32,000 nucleotides of DNA from Bacillus subtilis subsp. subtilis str. 168 (GCF_000009045.1 NC_000964.3:1140001-1172000), one strand, 5' to 3'; positions 19,943 through 28,837 are shown, counted from the first letter of the stretch. Notes: generated by a model from the letters alone, not told the origin. Made by a program: numbers and translations.

Positions 19943-20746
19943 ATGAAAGAGATAAAAGAAGCTTACCAGCAATGCGGACAGATTGTTGGCGAATACGCGC
20001 CAGCCTGTTTCAAAGCATTATCATATCTCCCGCTAAAGCAAAGACAAGCCTCTTGGGCAGTATTGTCGTTTTGCCACACGGCGGCCAGTGCAGACGAAAA
20101 GGTATTGCCCGCATTTGAAGCTAAAGCTGATCATGTTTACCAAAGGACAAATAACGGTAAACAACATCTATGGAAGGCTTTTGATCATGCGTATCGGACC
20201 TTTACATTGGAAAGCGAACCTTTTCGGGAGTTTATTGCCGCACAAAAAGAAGACGCCAAGCCGTATGATGACCTTGATGAACTGCTCATGTACGCATATC
20301 GGACGGGCGGTGCTGCCGGATTGATGCTGCTGCCGATACTGACACGCCGAAAACAAGATCAGCTCAAACAAGCAGCCGTCTCTCTCGGCTTGGCCATACA
20401 GCTGGTTCGCTTCTTAAGTGATCTTGGCACAGATCAGCAAAAAAACCGCATTCCCCGTCAGGTAATGCAGCAATTCGGCTATACAGAGGCTGATCTCCAA
20501 AAAGGCACCGTAAATAAAGCGTTCACAATGACGTGGGAGTATATCGCTTTTGAAGCAGAAGCCTACCTTGAAGAGTGTCAGGATGCCTTGCCGCTATTTC
20601 CGCAGTATTCTCAAAAAACGGTGAAAGCCGCTCTTCATTTGCACCGGGCTGTTTTAGAAAAAATCCGGGCGAAGCAGCACGATGTATTTCAATATCACTT
20701 CGCTCTCACAGAGACCGAAGTGAAGCAGATTCTGTCTGATATCTAA
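19943..20746 (+). CDS. yisP: Squalene/phytoene synthase-like protein YisP
   Basis: 267 aa from MKEIKEAYQQCGQIVGEYAPACFKALSYLP; RBS AGGAGTGAG immediately before the ATG at 19943. Confidence 0.9.
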   Translation: MKEIKEAYQQCGQIVGEYAPACFKALSYLPLKQRQASWAVLSFCHTAASADEKVLPAFEAKADHVYQRTNNGKQHLWKAFDHAYRTFTLESEPFREFIAAQKEDAKPYDDLDELLMYAYRTGGAAGLMLLPILTRRKQDQLKQAAVSLGLAIQLVRFLSDLGTDQQKNRIPRQVMQQFGYTEADLQKGTVNKAFTMTWEYIAFEAEAYLEECQDALPLFPQYSQKTVKAALHLHRAVLEKIRAKQHDVFQYHFALTETEVKQILSDI

Positions 20747-20748
20747 AA

Positions 20749-20777
20749 AACACCCGGCCTTGATTGAGCCGGGTGTT
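20749..20777. terminator. Hairpin terminator between convergent yisP and yisQ
   Basis: AACACCCGGC-CTTGATTGA-GCCGGGTGTT with an A-tract on the yisP side (T-rich for yisQ). Confidence 0.72.
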
Positions 20778-22143
20778 ACGCCATACCTTTTTGAATCCAG
20801 ATACGTGAGCGCCATCTTCTGTACATTAAGATTCCCCGGACCCATTCATCCGCGATAAAAGAAATCCAAATGCCGGCAAGACCGAAACCGAGGTGGATGC
20901 CGAAAAGATAAGCAAGCGGGAGGCCAATGCCCCACATTGAAATCATTGCCATGTAAACCGGGAATTTCGCATCCCCCGCGGCCCGCAGAGAGTTAATGAT
21001 AATGACATTAAACGAGCGGCCTGGTTCAAGGATAATGGTCATGGCAATCAATAGGCTTGCAGTTGCTATAATGTCAGGGCTTTGTGTGAAGAGTCCGATC
21101 AGGTCTTTTGAAAAGATCGTCATCAAAACAGAGGTAGCCGCAGCAATTCCGAGTGCCCAATATAAGCTCTTCATGCAGCGCTCATAAGCGGCATCAAATT
21201 GTTTGCCGCCGATATAACGGCCGATTAAGATTTGTGTACCCTGGCTGATCGCAGTGCCGAACAGCAAAATAAACATCGTAATATTTTGCGTATACACTTT
21301 TGTTGTCAACGCCTGCGCGCCCATGATGGCGATAAAATACGTGACTATCATTTGCGACAGGTTGTATGAAAGCTGCTCTCCCGCAGAAGGAATGCCGATT
21401 TTCAGCAGCTTGCGCAAATGCTCTTTATGCATATGAAAGACTTTTTTCAGCGACATCTTCAGCTGGATGCGTTTGTTGACAATCACAATCATCGCGATTA
21501 ATCCGATGACGCGGGCGATAGATGTGGACATGGCCACACCGGCAACACCGAGAACAGGAAAGCCGAACAAACCGAAAATCACAACAAAGTTTCCGGCAAT
21601 GTTTAAAATGTTCATGCCGATAGTGACAAACATTGTATCTTTTGTGTAGCCGTAGCTTTTTAAGATCGCGCTGAATGTCATGATTAAAGCCTGAATAAAG
21701 GACAGACCTCCGACAACTTGTAAAAAGACTTTCGCATCAGGCATCAGTGCGTCTGATAATCCCATCATATGAAGCAGAGGGACAGCCGCGAAAAAGACGA
21801 CGGCGCTGATGGCCAGGCTGATGAAGAAGTTGGCGCCGATTGACACATAAGCGACTTCCATGGCTTCTTTCTTTTGCCGTGAGCCTAGAAATTGTGAAAT
21901 GATAACGGTCGTTCCTGTTGCGATAAAGCTGAACATCACGATAATTAAATTTAAAATCTGGTTGCTGACGCCGACTGCTGCCACGCTGTTATCCGAGTAT
22001 TGGCTGAGCATCAGTGTATCGGCATTACCCATAAACATATATAATGAGACCTCAATAAAGATCGGCCAAGTAAGCGAAAATAATGAGAACGTTTTGTCAG
22101 CGGGTTTTTTCAAAGCAGTTGATTTGAAGACAGCTTGTTTCAT
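20776..22143 (-). CDS. yisQ: MATE-family multidrug/cation efflux transporter YisQ
   Basis: 455 aa with about 12 hydrophobic segments; FIEVSLYMFMGNADTLMLSQYSDNSVAAVGVSNQI, GTAISQGTQILIGRYIGG. Confidence 0.9.
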   Translation of the reverse strand: MKQAVFKSTALKKPADKTFSLFSLTWPIFIEVSLYMFMGNADTLMLSQYSDNSVAAVGVSNQILNLIIVMFSFIATGTTVIISQFLGSRQKKEAMEVAYVSIGANFFISLAISAVVFFAAVPLLHMMGLSDALMPDAKVFLQVVGGLSFIQALIMTFSAILKSYGYTKDTMFVTIGMNILNIAGNFVVIFGLFGFPVLGVAGVAMSTSIARVIGLIAMIVIVNKRIQLKMSLKKVFHMHKEHLRKLLKIGIPSAGEQLSYNLSQMIVTYFIAIMGAQALTTKVYTQNITMFILLFGTAISQGTQILIGRYIGGKQFDAAYERCMKSLYWALGIAAATSVLMTIFSKDLIGLFTQSPDIIATASLLIAMTIILEPGRSFNVIIINSLRAAGDAKFPVYMAMISMWGIGLPLAYLFGIHLGFGLAGIWISFIADEWVRGILMYRRWRSRIWIQKGMA

Positions 22144-22266
22144 CGTGTCTAACCCCTTTCGTAAATAAAATCAACGTTTTAAAGTGTACCTCCATTTCCT
22201 TATAATAAAAAGGGATAGAAACGATACTTCTTGTAAAAATCCGACTTAAAAAGGAGGATGATTCAA

Positions 22267-23130
22267 ATGCCTCGCATCCTGTTTACAGTCCCGCCTTTTC
22301 CGGTATTTATCGCAGCTGGGGAAGGGGTTTTTAAAAAAGGAGAAACCCATGTGAAACGTGTATTCTCCGTGTTTGATCTGATATATGTCAAACAGGGAAC
22401 GTTATATATAACGGAAAATGAAACATCGTTTTCTGTTGAAGGCGGCGAGTACATCTTGCTTTCTCCCGGTCTTGAACACTACGGGACGAAGGGCAGTGAT
22501 GAAGCAACCTCCTACTATTGGCTTCACTTCGATGAACATCGATATGAATTTACGGCAAAGGGAGGCAGCAACTGGTCTGAGCTTCAGCAGGAAAAAGGGA
22601 GCTTCGAAGAGCTGGCCCGCTACGGATTGGCCTTGCCGAGAAAAGGCAAGGTGCAGCGCCCGCAGTTTATGGCGCAGCAGTTTGAAAAGCTGATCGATTA
22701 CTCCGCGGAAAACTCTGATTTGCCGCTCAGAAAGCAAATTTTATTTGAGGAGCTGATGCTGCATCTTCAAAAAGAAGCGTTCCAAATACCGTCTGCGAAA
22801 GAGCGGGTAGCCTGGGAGGCGGCCCGGTATTTACAGGAGCACTATAAGGAAAAGACGACAATCAAGGATCTGTCGCTCGCCCTTCACTATCATCAGGATT
22901 ATGTGAGCCGCTGCATGCAGCAGGTGCTCGGCGTAACTCCGGCACAATACACGAACCGGGTGAGAATGACGGAAGCGAAGCGTCTTTTATCCTCTACAAA
23001 TGATAAAATGGGCGTTATTGCGGAAACGGTCGGAATGGAAGATCCGACATACTTTTCAAAACTCTTTAAGCAGATAGAAGGCATTTCACCAATTGAATAC
23101 CGGAAAATTGTCAGCCGGAAAGTTCAATAA
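22267..23130 (+). CDS. yisR: AraC-family transcriptional regulator YisR
   Basis: Cupin-like N-terminus; C-terminal HTH TIKDLSLALHYHQDYVSRCMQQVLGVTPAQYTNRVRMTEAKRLL and GMEDPTYFSKLFKQIEGISPIEYR. Start at 22267 because the 22258 ATG abuts AAGGAGG. Confidence 0.9.
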   Translation: MPRILFTVPPFPVFIAAGEGVFKKGETHVKRVFSVFDLIYVKQGTLYITENETSFSVEGGEYILLSPGLEHYGTKGSDEATSYYWLHFDEHRYEFTAKGGSNWSELQQEKGSFEELARYGLALPRKGKVQRPQFMAQQFEKLIDYSAENSDLPLRKQILFEELMLHLQKEAFQIPSAKERVAWEAARYLQEHYKEKTTIKDLSLALHYHQDYVSRCMQQVLGVTPAQYTNRVRMTEAKRLLSSTNDKMGVIAETVGMEDPTYFSKLFKQIEGISPIEYRKIVSRKVQ

Positions 23131-23147
23131 CCAGACGAGGGATGAAC

Positions 23148-24161
23148 ATGAAAACAACAATTTACGATGTGGCAAAGGCGGCGGGTGTTTCGATCACAAC
23201 TGTGTCCCGTGTGATAAACAATACGGGGAGAATCAGCGATAAAACACGGCAGAAGGTCATGAATGTCATGAATGAAATGGCATACACGCCCAATGTCCAC
23301 GCCGCGGCGTTAACGGGAAAACGAACGAATATGATCGCTCTCGTGGCGCCTGATATTTCAAATCCGTTTTACGGCGAACTGGCCAAAAGCATTGAGGAAA
23401 GAGCGGATGAGCTCGGTTTTCAAATGTTGATTTGCAGCACCGATTACGATCCGAAAAAAGAAACAAAGTATTTTTCTGTGCTGAAACAGAAAAAGGTGGA
23501 TGGCATTATTTTTGCAACAGGGATTGAAAGCCATGACAGTATGTCTGCTTTGGAGGAAATCGCCAGTGAACAAATTCCGATTGCCATGATTTCTCAGGAT
23601 AAGCCGCTTCTTCCGATGGATATTGTTGTGATAGACGACGTTCGTGGCGGATATGAGGCTGCCAAGCATCTTCTGTCACTCGGCCACACGAACATCGCCT
23701 GCATTATCGGAGACGGGTCAACGACAGGCGAAAAAAATAGAATCAAAGGCTTCCGTCAGGCGATGGAGGAAGCGGGCGTGCCCATTGATGAATCACTTAT
23801 CATCCAGACGCGGTTTTCCTTGGAAAGCGGCAAGGAAGAAGCGGGAAAATTGCTCGACAGAAATGCTCCGACTGCTATTTTTGCCTTCAACGACGTATTG
23901 GCTTGTGCCGCCATACAAGCTGCGAGAATAAGAGGCATAAAAGTGCCGGATGATCTTTCTATCATTGGTTTTGATAATACGATACTCGCAGAAATGGCGG
24001 CTCCGCCCCTGACAACCGTAGCCCAGCCGATAAAAGAGATGGGGCGGAGCGTCATCGAACTGCTGGCAGAAGCAATAGAGGGAAAACGAAAGGCGAAACA
24101 AAAAATAGTGCTCCCGCCTGAGCTTGTAGTCAGACATTCTACATCACCGCTCAACACATGA
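23148..24161 (+). CDS. degA: LacI-family regulator DegA (IolQ)
   Basis: 337 aa; TTIYDVAKAAGVSITTVSRVINNTGRISDKTRQKV LacI HTH, periplasmic-binding-like effector domain; directly upstream of iolX with LacI-type palindromes. Confidence 0.93.
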   Translation: MKTTIYDVAKAAGVSITTVSRVINNTGRISDKTRQKVMNVMNEMAYTPNVHAAALTGKRTNMIALVAPDISNPFYGELAKSIEERADELGFQMLICSTDYDPKKETKYFSVLKQKKVDGIIFATGIESHDSMSALEEIASEQIPIAMISQDKPLLPMDIVVIDDVRGGYEAAKHLLSLGHTNIACIIGDGSTTGEKNRIKGFRQAMEEAGVPIDESLIIQTRFSLESGKEEAGKLLDRNAPTAIFAFNDVLACAAIQAARIRGIKVPDDLSIIGFDNTILAEMAAPPLTTVAQPIKEMGRSVIELLAEAIEGKRKAKQKIVLPPELVVRHSTSPLNT

Positions 24162-24162
24162 G

Positions 24163-24185
24163 CCCGCTAATGAGCGGGTTTTTTC
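24163..24185 (+). terminator. Rho-independent terminator of degA
   Basis: CCCGCT-AATG-AGCGGG-TTTTTT. Confidence 0.82.
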
Positions 24186-24214
24186 ATTATGACAGTTGAA
24201 GCCAAAAAAACATA

Positions 24215-24243
24215 TTGCGTGTAAACCAAAGGCGGTGTAAAAT
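24215..24243 (+). promoter_or_regulatory. Predicted sigma-A-type promoter of iolX/yisS
   Basis: TTGCGT-N17-TAAAAT (24215-24220, 24238-24243). Confidence 0.5.
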
Positions 24244-24257
24244 ATAACCATCTTTTG

Positions 24258-24275
24258 AGAAAGCGCTTGCGCAAA
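24258..24275 (+). promoter_or_regulatory. LacI-type operator 1 (likely DegA/IolQ box)
   Basis: AGAAAGCGCTTGCGCAAA; fits the published IolQ consensus as I recall it (AGAAARCGCTTKCKCAAA). Confidence 0.8.
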
Positions 24276-24316
24276 ATGGCAGAGCGGATAGAACCGCTGT
24301 TTTTTTAGCTGTTAAG

Positions 24317-24334
24317 AGAAAACGCTTTCTCAAA
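24317..24334 (+). promoter_or_regulatory. LacI-type operator 2 (likely DegA/IolQ box)
   Basis: AGAAAACGCTTTCTCAAA, 15/18 identical to operator 1, 59 bp downstream of it. Confidence 0.8.
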
Positions 24335-24369
24335 GCGAGCCCGAAATGAGATAAAGGAGAGGATGGGAC

Positions 24370-25398
24370 GTGGAACATCAAGTAAGATGTGCAGTATTGG
24401 GATTAGGAAGGCTCGGTTATTATCATGCGAAAAATCTCGTCACCAGTGTGCCGGGGGCAAAGCTGGTTTGTGTCGGTGATCCGTTAAAAGGGAGAGCGGA
24501 GCAGGTTGCCAGAGAACTCGGTATCGAAAAATGGTCAGAGGACCCGTATGAAGTGTTAGAAGATCCCGGCATTGATGCTGTCATTATCGTAACGCCGACA
24601 AGCACACATGGTGATATGATCATCAAAGCAGCCGAGAACGGCAAACAGATCTTTGTTGAAAAACCGCTGACATTAAGCCTTGAGGAATCAAAAGCAGCTT
24701 CTGAAAAAGTTAAGGAGACAGGTGTCATCTGCCAAGTCGGCTTTATGAGACGGTTCGATCCCGCATACGCAGATGCCAAACGGCGGATCGACGCTGGAGA
24801 AATCGGCAAACCTATCTATTATAAAGGCTTTACGCGCGACCAAGGCGCGCCTCCCGCAGAATTTATCAAACACAGCGGTGGAATTTTTATCGACTGTTCC
24901 ATCCATGACTATGATATTGCCCGTTATTTGCTAGGGGCGGAAATCACTTCTGTTTCAGGACACGGCAGGATTCTGAACAATCCGTTTATGGAGCAGTATG
25001 GCGATGTGGATCAGGCGCTGACGTATATTGAATTTGACTCGGGCGCAGCGGGGGACGTCGAGGCAAGCAGAACCTCTCCATACGGACATGACATCCGGGC
25101 GGAGGTGATCGGGACAGAGGGCAGTATTTTCATAGGGACATTGAGACATCAACATGTGACCATCCTATCGGCTAAAGGGAGCAGTTTTGATATCATTCCA
25201 GACTTTCAAACTCGTTTTCATGAAGCCTACTGCTTGGAGCTTCAGCATTTCGCCGAGTGTGTCCGGAATGGAAAAACACCGATTGTGACTGATATTGATG
25301 CGACGATCAATTTAGAAGTGGGTATCGCCGCAACCAATTCCTTTCGAAACGGCATGCCGGTACAGCTAGATGTGAAGCGCGCTTATACAGGTATGTAA
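24370..25398 (+). CDS. iolX: NAD-dependent scyllo-inositol 2-dehydrogenase IolX (YisS), GTG start
   Basis: 342 aa Gfo/Idh/MocA family; AVLGLGRLGYYHAKNLV, EKPLTLSLEESK, DCSIHDYDIARYLLG; RBS AAAGGAGAGG. Confidence 0.9.
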   Translation: MEHQVRCAVLGLGRLGYYHAKNLVTSVPGAKLVCVGDPLKGRAEQVARELGIEKWSEDPYEVLEDPGIDAVIIVTPTSTHGDMIIKAAENGKQIFVEKPLTLSLEESKAASEKVKETGVICQVGFMRRFDPAYADAKRRIDAGEIGKPIYYKGFTRDQGAPPAEFIKHSGGIFIDCSIHDYDIARYLLGAEITSVSGHGRILNNPFMEQYGDVDQALTYIEFDSGAAGDVEASRTSPYGHDIRAEVIGTEGSIFIGTLRHQHVTILSAKGSSFDIIPDFQTRFHEAYCLELQHFAECVRNGKTPIVTDIDATINLEVGIAATNSFRNGMPVQLDVKRAYTGM

Positions 25399-25448
25399 AA
25401 GCTAAGTATGTTGCATTTGAGGCTTTCCGCAAAAAAAGCAAGGGCATT

Positions 25449-25964
25449 TTAGCCCTTGCTTTCTCTTTTCTCATATAAATAGTACATATAATCAGTAGGT
25501 ACGCCTGAATGGTCCAGCTGTCTCAGCATGGCGGTTACGTTCCCTCTGTGGTAAGTGCCGTGATTGACGACATGCAGGATGGTGTCTGCATAGGTTGATT
25601 CCAGTGTACCTAGTTTCGGATGCTGCATTGTGAAGGTCTGTTCTAAGTCCGTCTGGCGGCTGAAGAAATCATGATACTGTGACTCCAGCTCGGCAGCGTG
25701 CTGTTTAATCGCTGCCATATTACCTTGCGCGGACTGTAATTTGCCTGCGCTGTCTATAATCTCTTGGTAGGCCACTCCCGAAAGAACATTCAGCCAAATG
25801 TAGTCAGCCCTGCACATATGAAGCAGCACGTCGCTGACAGAAGGAAATACGCTCTTTACTTCTTGATAGGCAGTTTCCTCCGGCAGGTTTTCGATATGGG
25901 TAAATATTTTCTTGTTTGCCCAAGAATGATAGTCATAAAACTGTTTTGCATCAGTCATCAGCAT
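25449..25964 (-). CDS. yisT: DinB-family protein YisT
   Basis: [36 protein letters not shown]...[18 protein letters not shown]...[21 protein letters not shown]; DinB-type His triad. RBS AAAAGGGGG precedes ATG at 25964. Confidence 0.87.
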
Positions 25965-26007
25965 GCCCCCTTTTCTAAGAAATTCGTTTTTTTCATCTGT
26001 TTCTCCT

Positions 26008-26619
26008 TCAATTGCAAAAGAGTGACACCCCAAAATATCCTGCCGCTGCCCACATTACCGCTGCAGAGCATTTGTTTACGATCAGCATAAGCCTGCCGCT
26101 CGTATCTATCGTCTGAAACAACCGGCCCGCTATTGCAAGGCTGATGAACCAAATCCAAGACACAGCGATGCAGGCGGCCATAAAGAGCCATTTCTCAAGC
26201 CCCGAATATTGAAGAGAGCTCGTGCCGATGACGCCGATCGTGTCCAGAATGGCATGCGGGTTTAAAAGAGAAACAGCGGCCGCAAACGCAGCTTGCTTTT
26301 TTGGTGTGAACGTATGTTTCTCATTTTGGCTTGTGTTCGGACGGATGTTCCAAGTCACCCAGCCCATATAAAGCAAAAATAAAAATCCGCCGGCCATCAT
26401 GACTGTCTCAAACACAGGCAGCTCCTGCACAATGACAGACACGCCCGCAACGGCTAATACAATTAACAAGGTATCGCAGACTGAAGCACTGATGACAGCT
26501 GGGAGAGCCCGCCAAATATGCTTTTGCAACGCGCCTTGCTGAAAAATAAACACATTCTGCACTCCCAGCGGCAAAATTAAGCCAAACGCGAGCACAATTC
26601 CGTGAATGATTGCATTCAT
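26008..26619 (-). CDS. yisU: LysE/ArgO-family amino acid exporter YisU
   Basis: [31 protein letters not shown]...[15 protein letters not shown]; LysE family. Start at 26619 with RBS AAAGGAGC; the ORF track's longer start is unlikely. Confidence 0.88.
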
Positions 26620-26678
26620 GCTGAAAAAGCTCCTTTCACATTTTTTTTCAATCATAAGAGAGATTGTCACTAAAGTCT

Positions 26679-26719
26679 CCAGCCATTTGGTTGGGTTAGG
26701 AACCAGCCAAATGTATAAT
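26679..26719 (+). promoter_or_regulatory. Predicted yisV promoter overlapped by inverted and direct repeats
   Basis: TTGGGT-N17-TATAAT (26691-26696/26714-26719) embedded in CATTTGGTTGG-N8-CCAGCCAAATG (26684-26694/26703-26713); CCAGCCA repeats directly at 26679 and 26703. Confidence 0.6.
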
Positions 26720-26736
26720 GTGTAAAAAAGGGGGGC

Positions 26737-28191
26737 ATGACCTTGTCGCAATGGCAGCCAAGCCGAAAGTCGGATGTTCCGCTGCATCGGCAGATCGAAC
26801 AATATATGAAAGACAAGATTCTTCACGGAGAGTGGGCTGTAGGGACGAAAATCCCCTCACAGAGAACGCTGGCCGACATGTTTCAAGTCAACCGCAGCAC
26901 AGTCACAGCAGCCATAGATGAACTCACGTCTCAAGGCTTGTTAGAGGGAAGAAAAGGCGGCGGTACGAAGGTTGTAAACAGTACTTGGAGCGTGCTGACG
27001 GCTGAGCCTCCGCTTGATTGGAGCGATTACGTCCGTTCGGGCATTCATCGCGCCAATTCTTCCATCATTCAAGCTATTAATCAGAACGAACCAAGAGCGG
27101 ATATCATCAGATTAGGAACTGGAGAACTTTCACCGGATCTTGTGCCTGCTGACACAATTGGACGGATGTTTCAGCAAATCAATCCGGGCGTCCTGTCTTT
27201 AGGATATGAGCAGCCGAAAGGAAACCGTCAGCTGCGGGAGGCAGTGGCCGACCATTTAAAAGGAAAGAAGATCCATGTGTCACCGTCTGCAATTTTAATT
27301 GTGTCCGGTGCACTTCAGGCACTTCAGCTCATCTCAATTGGACTTTTAAAACGAGATTCTGTCATTTTGACGGAGAAGCCGTCCTACCTTCAATCCTTGC
27401 ATGTATTTCAATCAGCTGGGATGCGGCTTCGCGGCTTGCCGATGGATGATGAAGGGGTCAAAGCGGGGCTTGTTTCTTCTAATCGAAAACAATATGGAGG
27501 ACAGCTGCTTTACACGATTCCGTCGTTTCATAATCCGACAGGCACAGTCATGTCAGAGCAGCGAAGGAAAGAGATCATCAGCCTGTCAAAAAAAGAGCAG
27601 ATGCCCATCATTGAGGATGATGCGTACGGTGATTTATGGTTTGAAGAAAAACCGCCGCAGCCGTTGAAAGCAATGGATCATGAGGGCAATATTCTGTATC
27701 TGGGCGCGTTTTCAAAAACGGTTAGCCCCGGTCTGCGAATCGGCTGGCTTGCCGGTCCGGAGCCGGTTATTGAAAGGCTGGCGGACATTAAAATGCAGAC
27801 AGACTACGGATCAAGCGGCCTGTCCCAGTGGGCGGCTGCCGAGTGGCTGTCACAGGGATATTATGAAGAGCATCTGACTTGGGTACGCAGGAAGCTTAAA
27901 GAAAGGAGAGACGCCGCCGTTCATTTTCTCGAGCGGTATGCCGGGGACATTGCCACGTGGCGGATTCCCGCAGGCGGCTTTTATATTTGGGTGACATTTC
28001 ACAAAAACCTGCCTGTCAGCCGTTTCTTTTATGAATTGCTGAAACGGCAGGTGCTTGTGAATCCCGGCTATATTTATGACGGTGAAGACCGAAACAGCAT
28101 CAGGCTGTCATATTCCTATGCATCTCTTGGAGATTTGGAAACTGGCATTAAAGCGGCAGCTGAAACAGCACGCCGCCTGATGATGTCCTAG
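26737..28191 (+). CDS. yisV: MocR/GabR-type regulator (GntR HTH fused to PLP-dependent aminotransferase fold) YisV
   Basis: 484 aa; N-terminal wHTH PLHRQIEQYMKDKILHGEWAVGTKIPSQRTLADMFQVNRSTVTAAIDEL; PLP-fold YTIPSFHNPTGTVMSEQRR, IIEDDAYGDLWFE, YLGAFSKTVSPGLRIGW. Confidence 0.93.
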   Translation: MTLSQWQPSRKSDVPLHRQIEQYMKDKILHGEWAVGTKIPSQRTLADMFQVNRSTVTAAIDELTSQGLLEGRKGGGTKVVNSTWSVLTAEPPLDWSDYVRSGIHRANSSIIQAINQNEPRADIIRLGTGELSPDLVPADTIGRMFQQINPGVLSLGYEQPKGNRQLREAVADHLKGKKIHVSPSAILIVSGALQALQLISIGLLKRDSVILTEKPSYLQSLHVFQSAGMRLRGLPMDDEGVKAGLVSSNRKQYGGQLLYTIPSFHNPTGTVMSEQRRKEIISLSKKEQMPIIEDDAYGDLWFEEKPPQPLKAMDHEGNILYLGAFSKTVSPGLRIGWLAGPEPVIERLADIKMQTDYGSSGLSQWAAAEWLSQGYYEEHLTWVRRKLKERRDAAVHFLERYAGDIATWRIPAGGFYIWVTFHKNLPVSRFFYELLKRQVLVNPGYIYDGEDRNSIRLSYSYASLGDLETGIKAAAETARRLMMS

Positions 28192-28198
28192 GCTTTGG

Positions 28199-28837
28199 TT
28201 ATACGATGACAGCTCCCAGTGCCCTGGCGAAGGCAATCGCGTGCTCAGGTGCGATTTTGCAGCCTTTCAATTTGTCGAGGGAGACATGAAGCTGTTCAAA
28301 ACGGCACGTGCTGATGTCCATGTTTTGAAGGGACGTGCCGGTAAAGCTGGCGCCTTCCAATTCGCATCCGTCAAAGTGTGTCTGCTGGAGCACCGTATCG
28401 CTGCATTCACTTTGCATAAGAGCACAGTGATCAAATCGAACTTGTTTCATATTTGAGTACGAAAATGAGCTGAAATGTCCGTGGCATTCCTCGAATGAAA
28501 CATTCCGCAGCGTTGCTTCCGCCACATTCATTCCAACCATTTTTGACTGCTTAACTGAAGTTCTGTGAATGACAGCCCCGCTGAAATCGGCGTTTGATAA
28601 ATCGCATTTTTCAAAGATCACATCGGTCAGTTCAATATGCCGAAAAGACACATCGATAAAGACGACATTTCTGAATACCGTTTTTTCAACACATAGTCTT
28701 TCGATATCTTCGCCGCAGATGGTGCAATCTTCAAACAAATGCATGCTGATTACATCATCCTGTGTCACGGCATCATGAAAATCTGCGGTTTGCAGGTTTT
28801 CCGGTATGTTCGGTTTTTGAATTGCGATTTTATTCAT
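28199..28837 (-). CDS. yisX: Pentapeptide-repeat protein YisX
   Basis: 212 aa with A(D/N)LXX-type repeats: FRNVVFIDVSFRHIELTDVIFEKCDLSNADFSGAVIHRTSVKQSKMVGMNVAEATLRNVSFEECHG. Confidence 0.9.
   Translation of the reverse strand: MNKIAIQKPNIPENLQTADFHDAVTQDDVISMHLFEDCTICGEDIERLCVEKTVFRNVVFIDVSFRHIELTDVIFEKCDLSNADFSGAVIHRTSVKQSKMVGMNVAEATLRNVSFEECHGHFSSFSYSNMKQVRFDHCALMQSECSDTVLQQTHFDGCELEGASFTGTSLQNMDISTCRFEQLHVSLDKLKGCKIAPEHAIAFARALGAVIV

Noticed and set aside
26008-26826. Full 272-aa version of yisU with an extended N-terminus
   Set aside because: The extra 69 residues cover the yisU/yisV intergenic region and the first codons of yisV. A strong RBS and a LysE-like N-terminus occur at the ATG at 26619.
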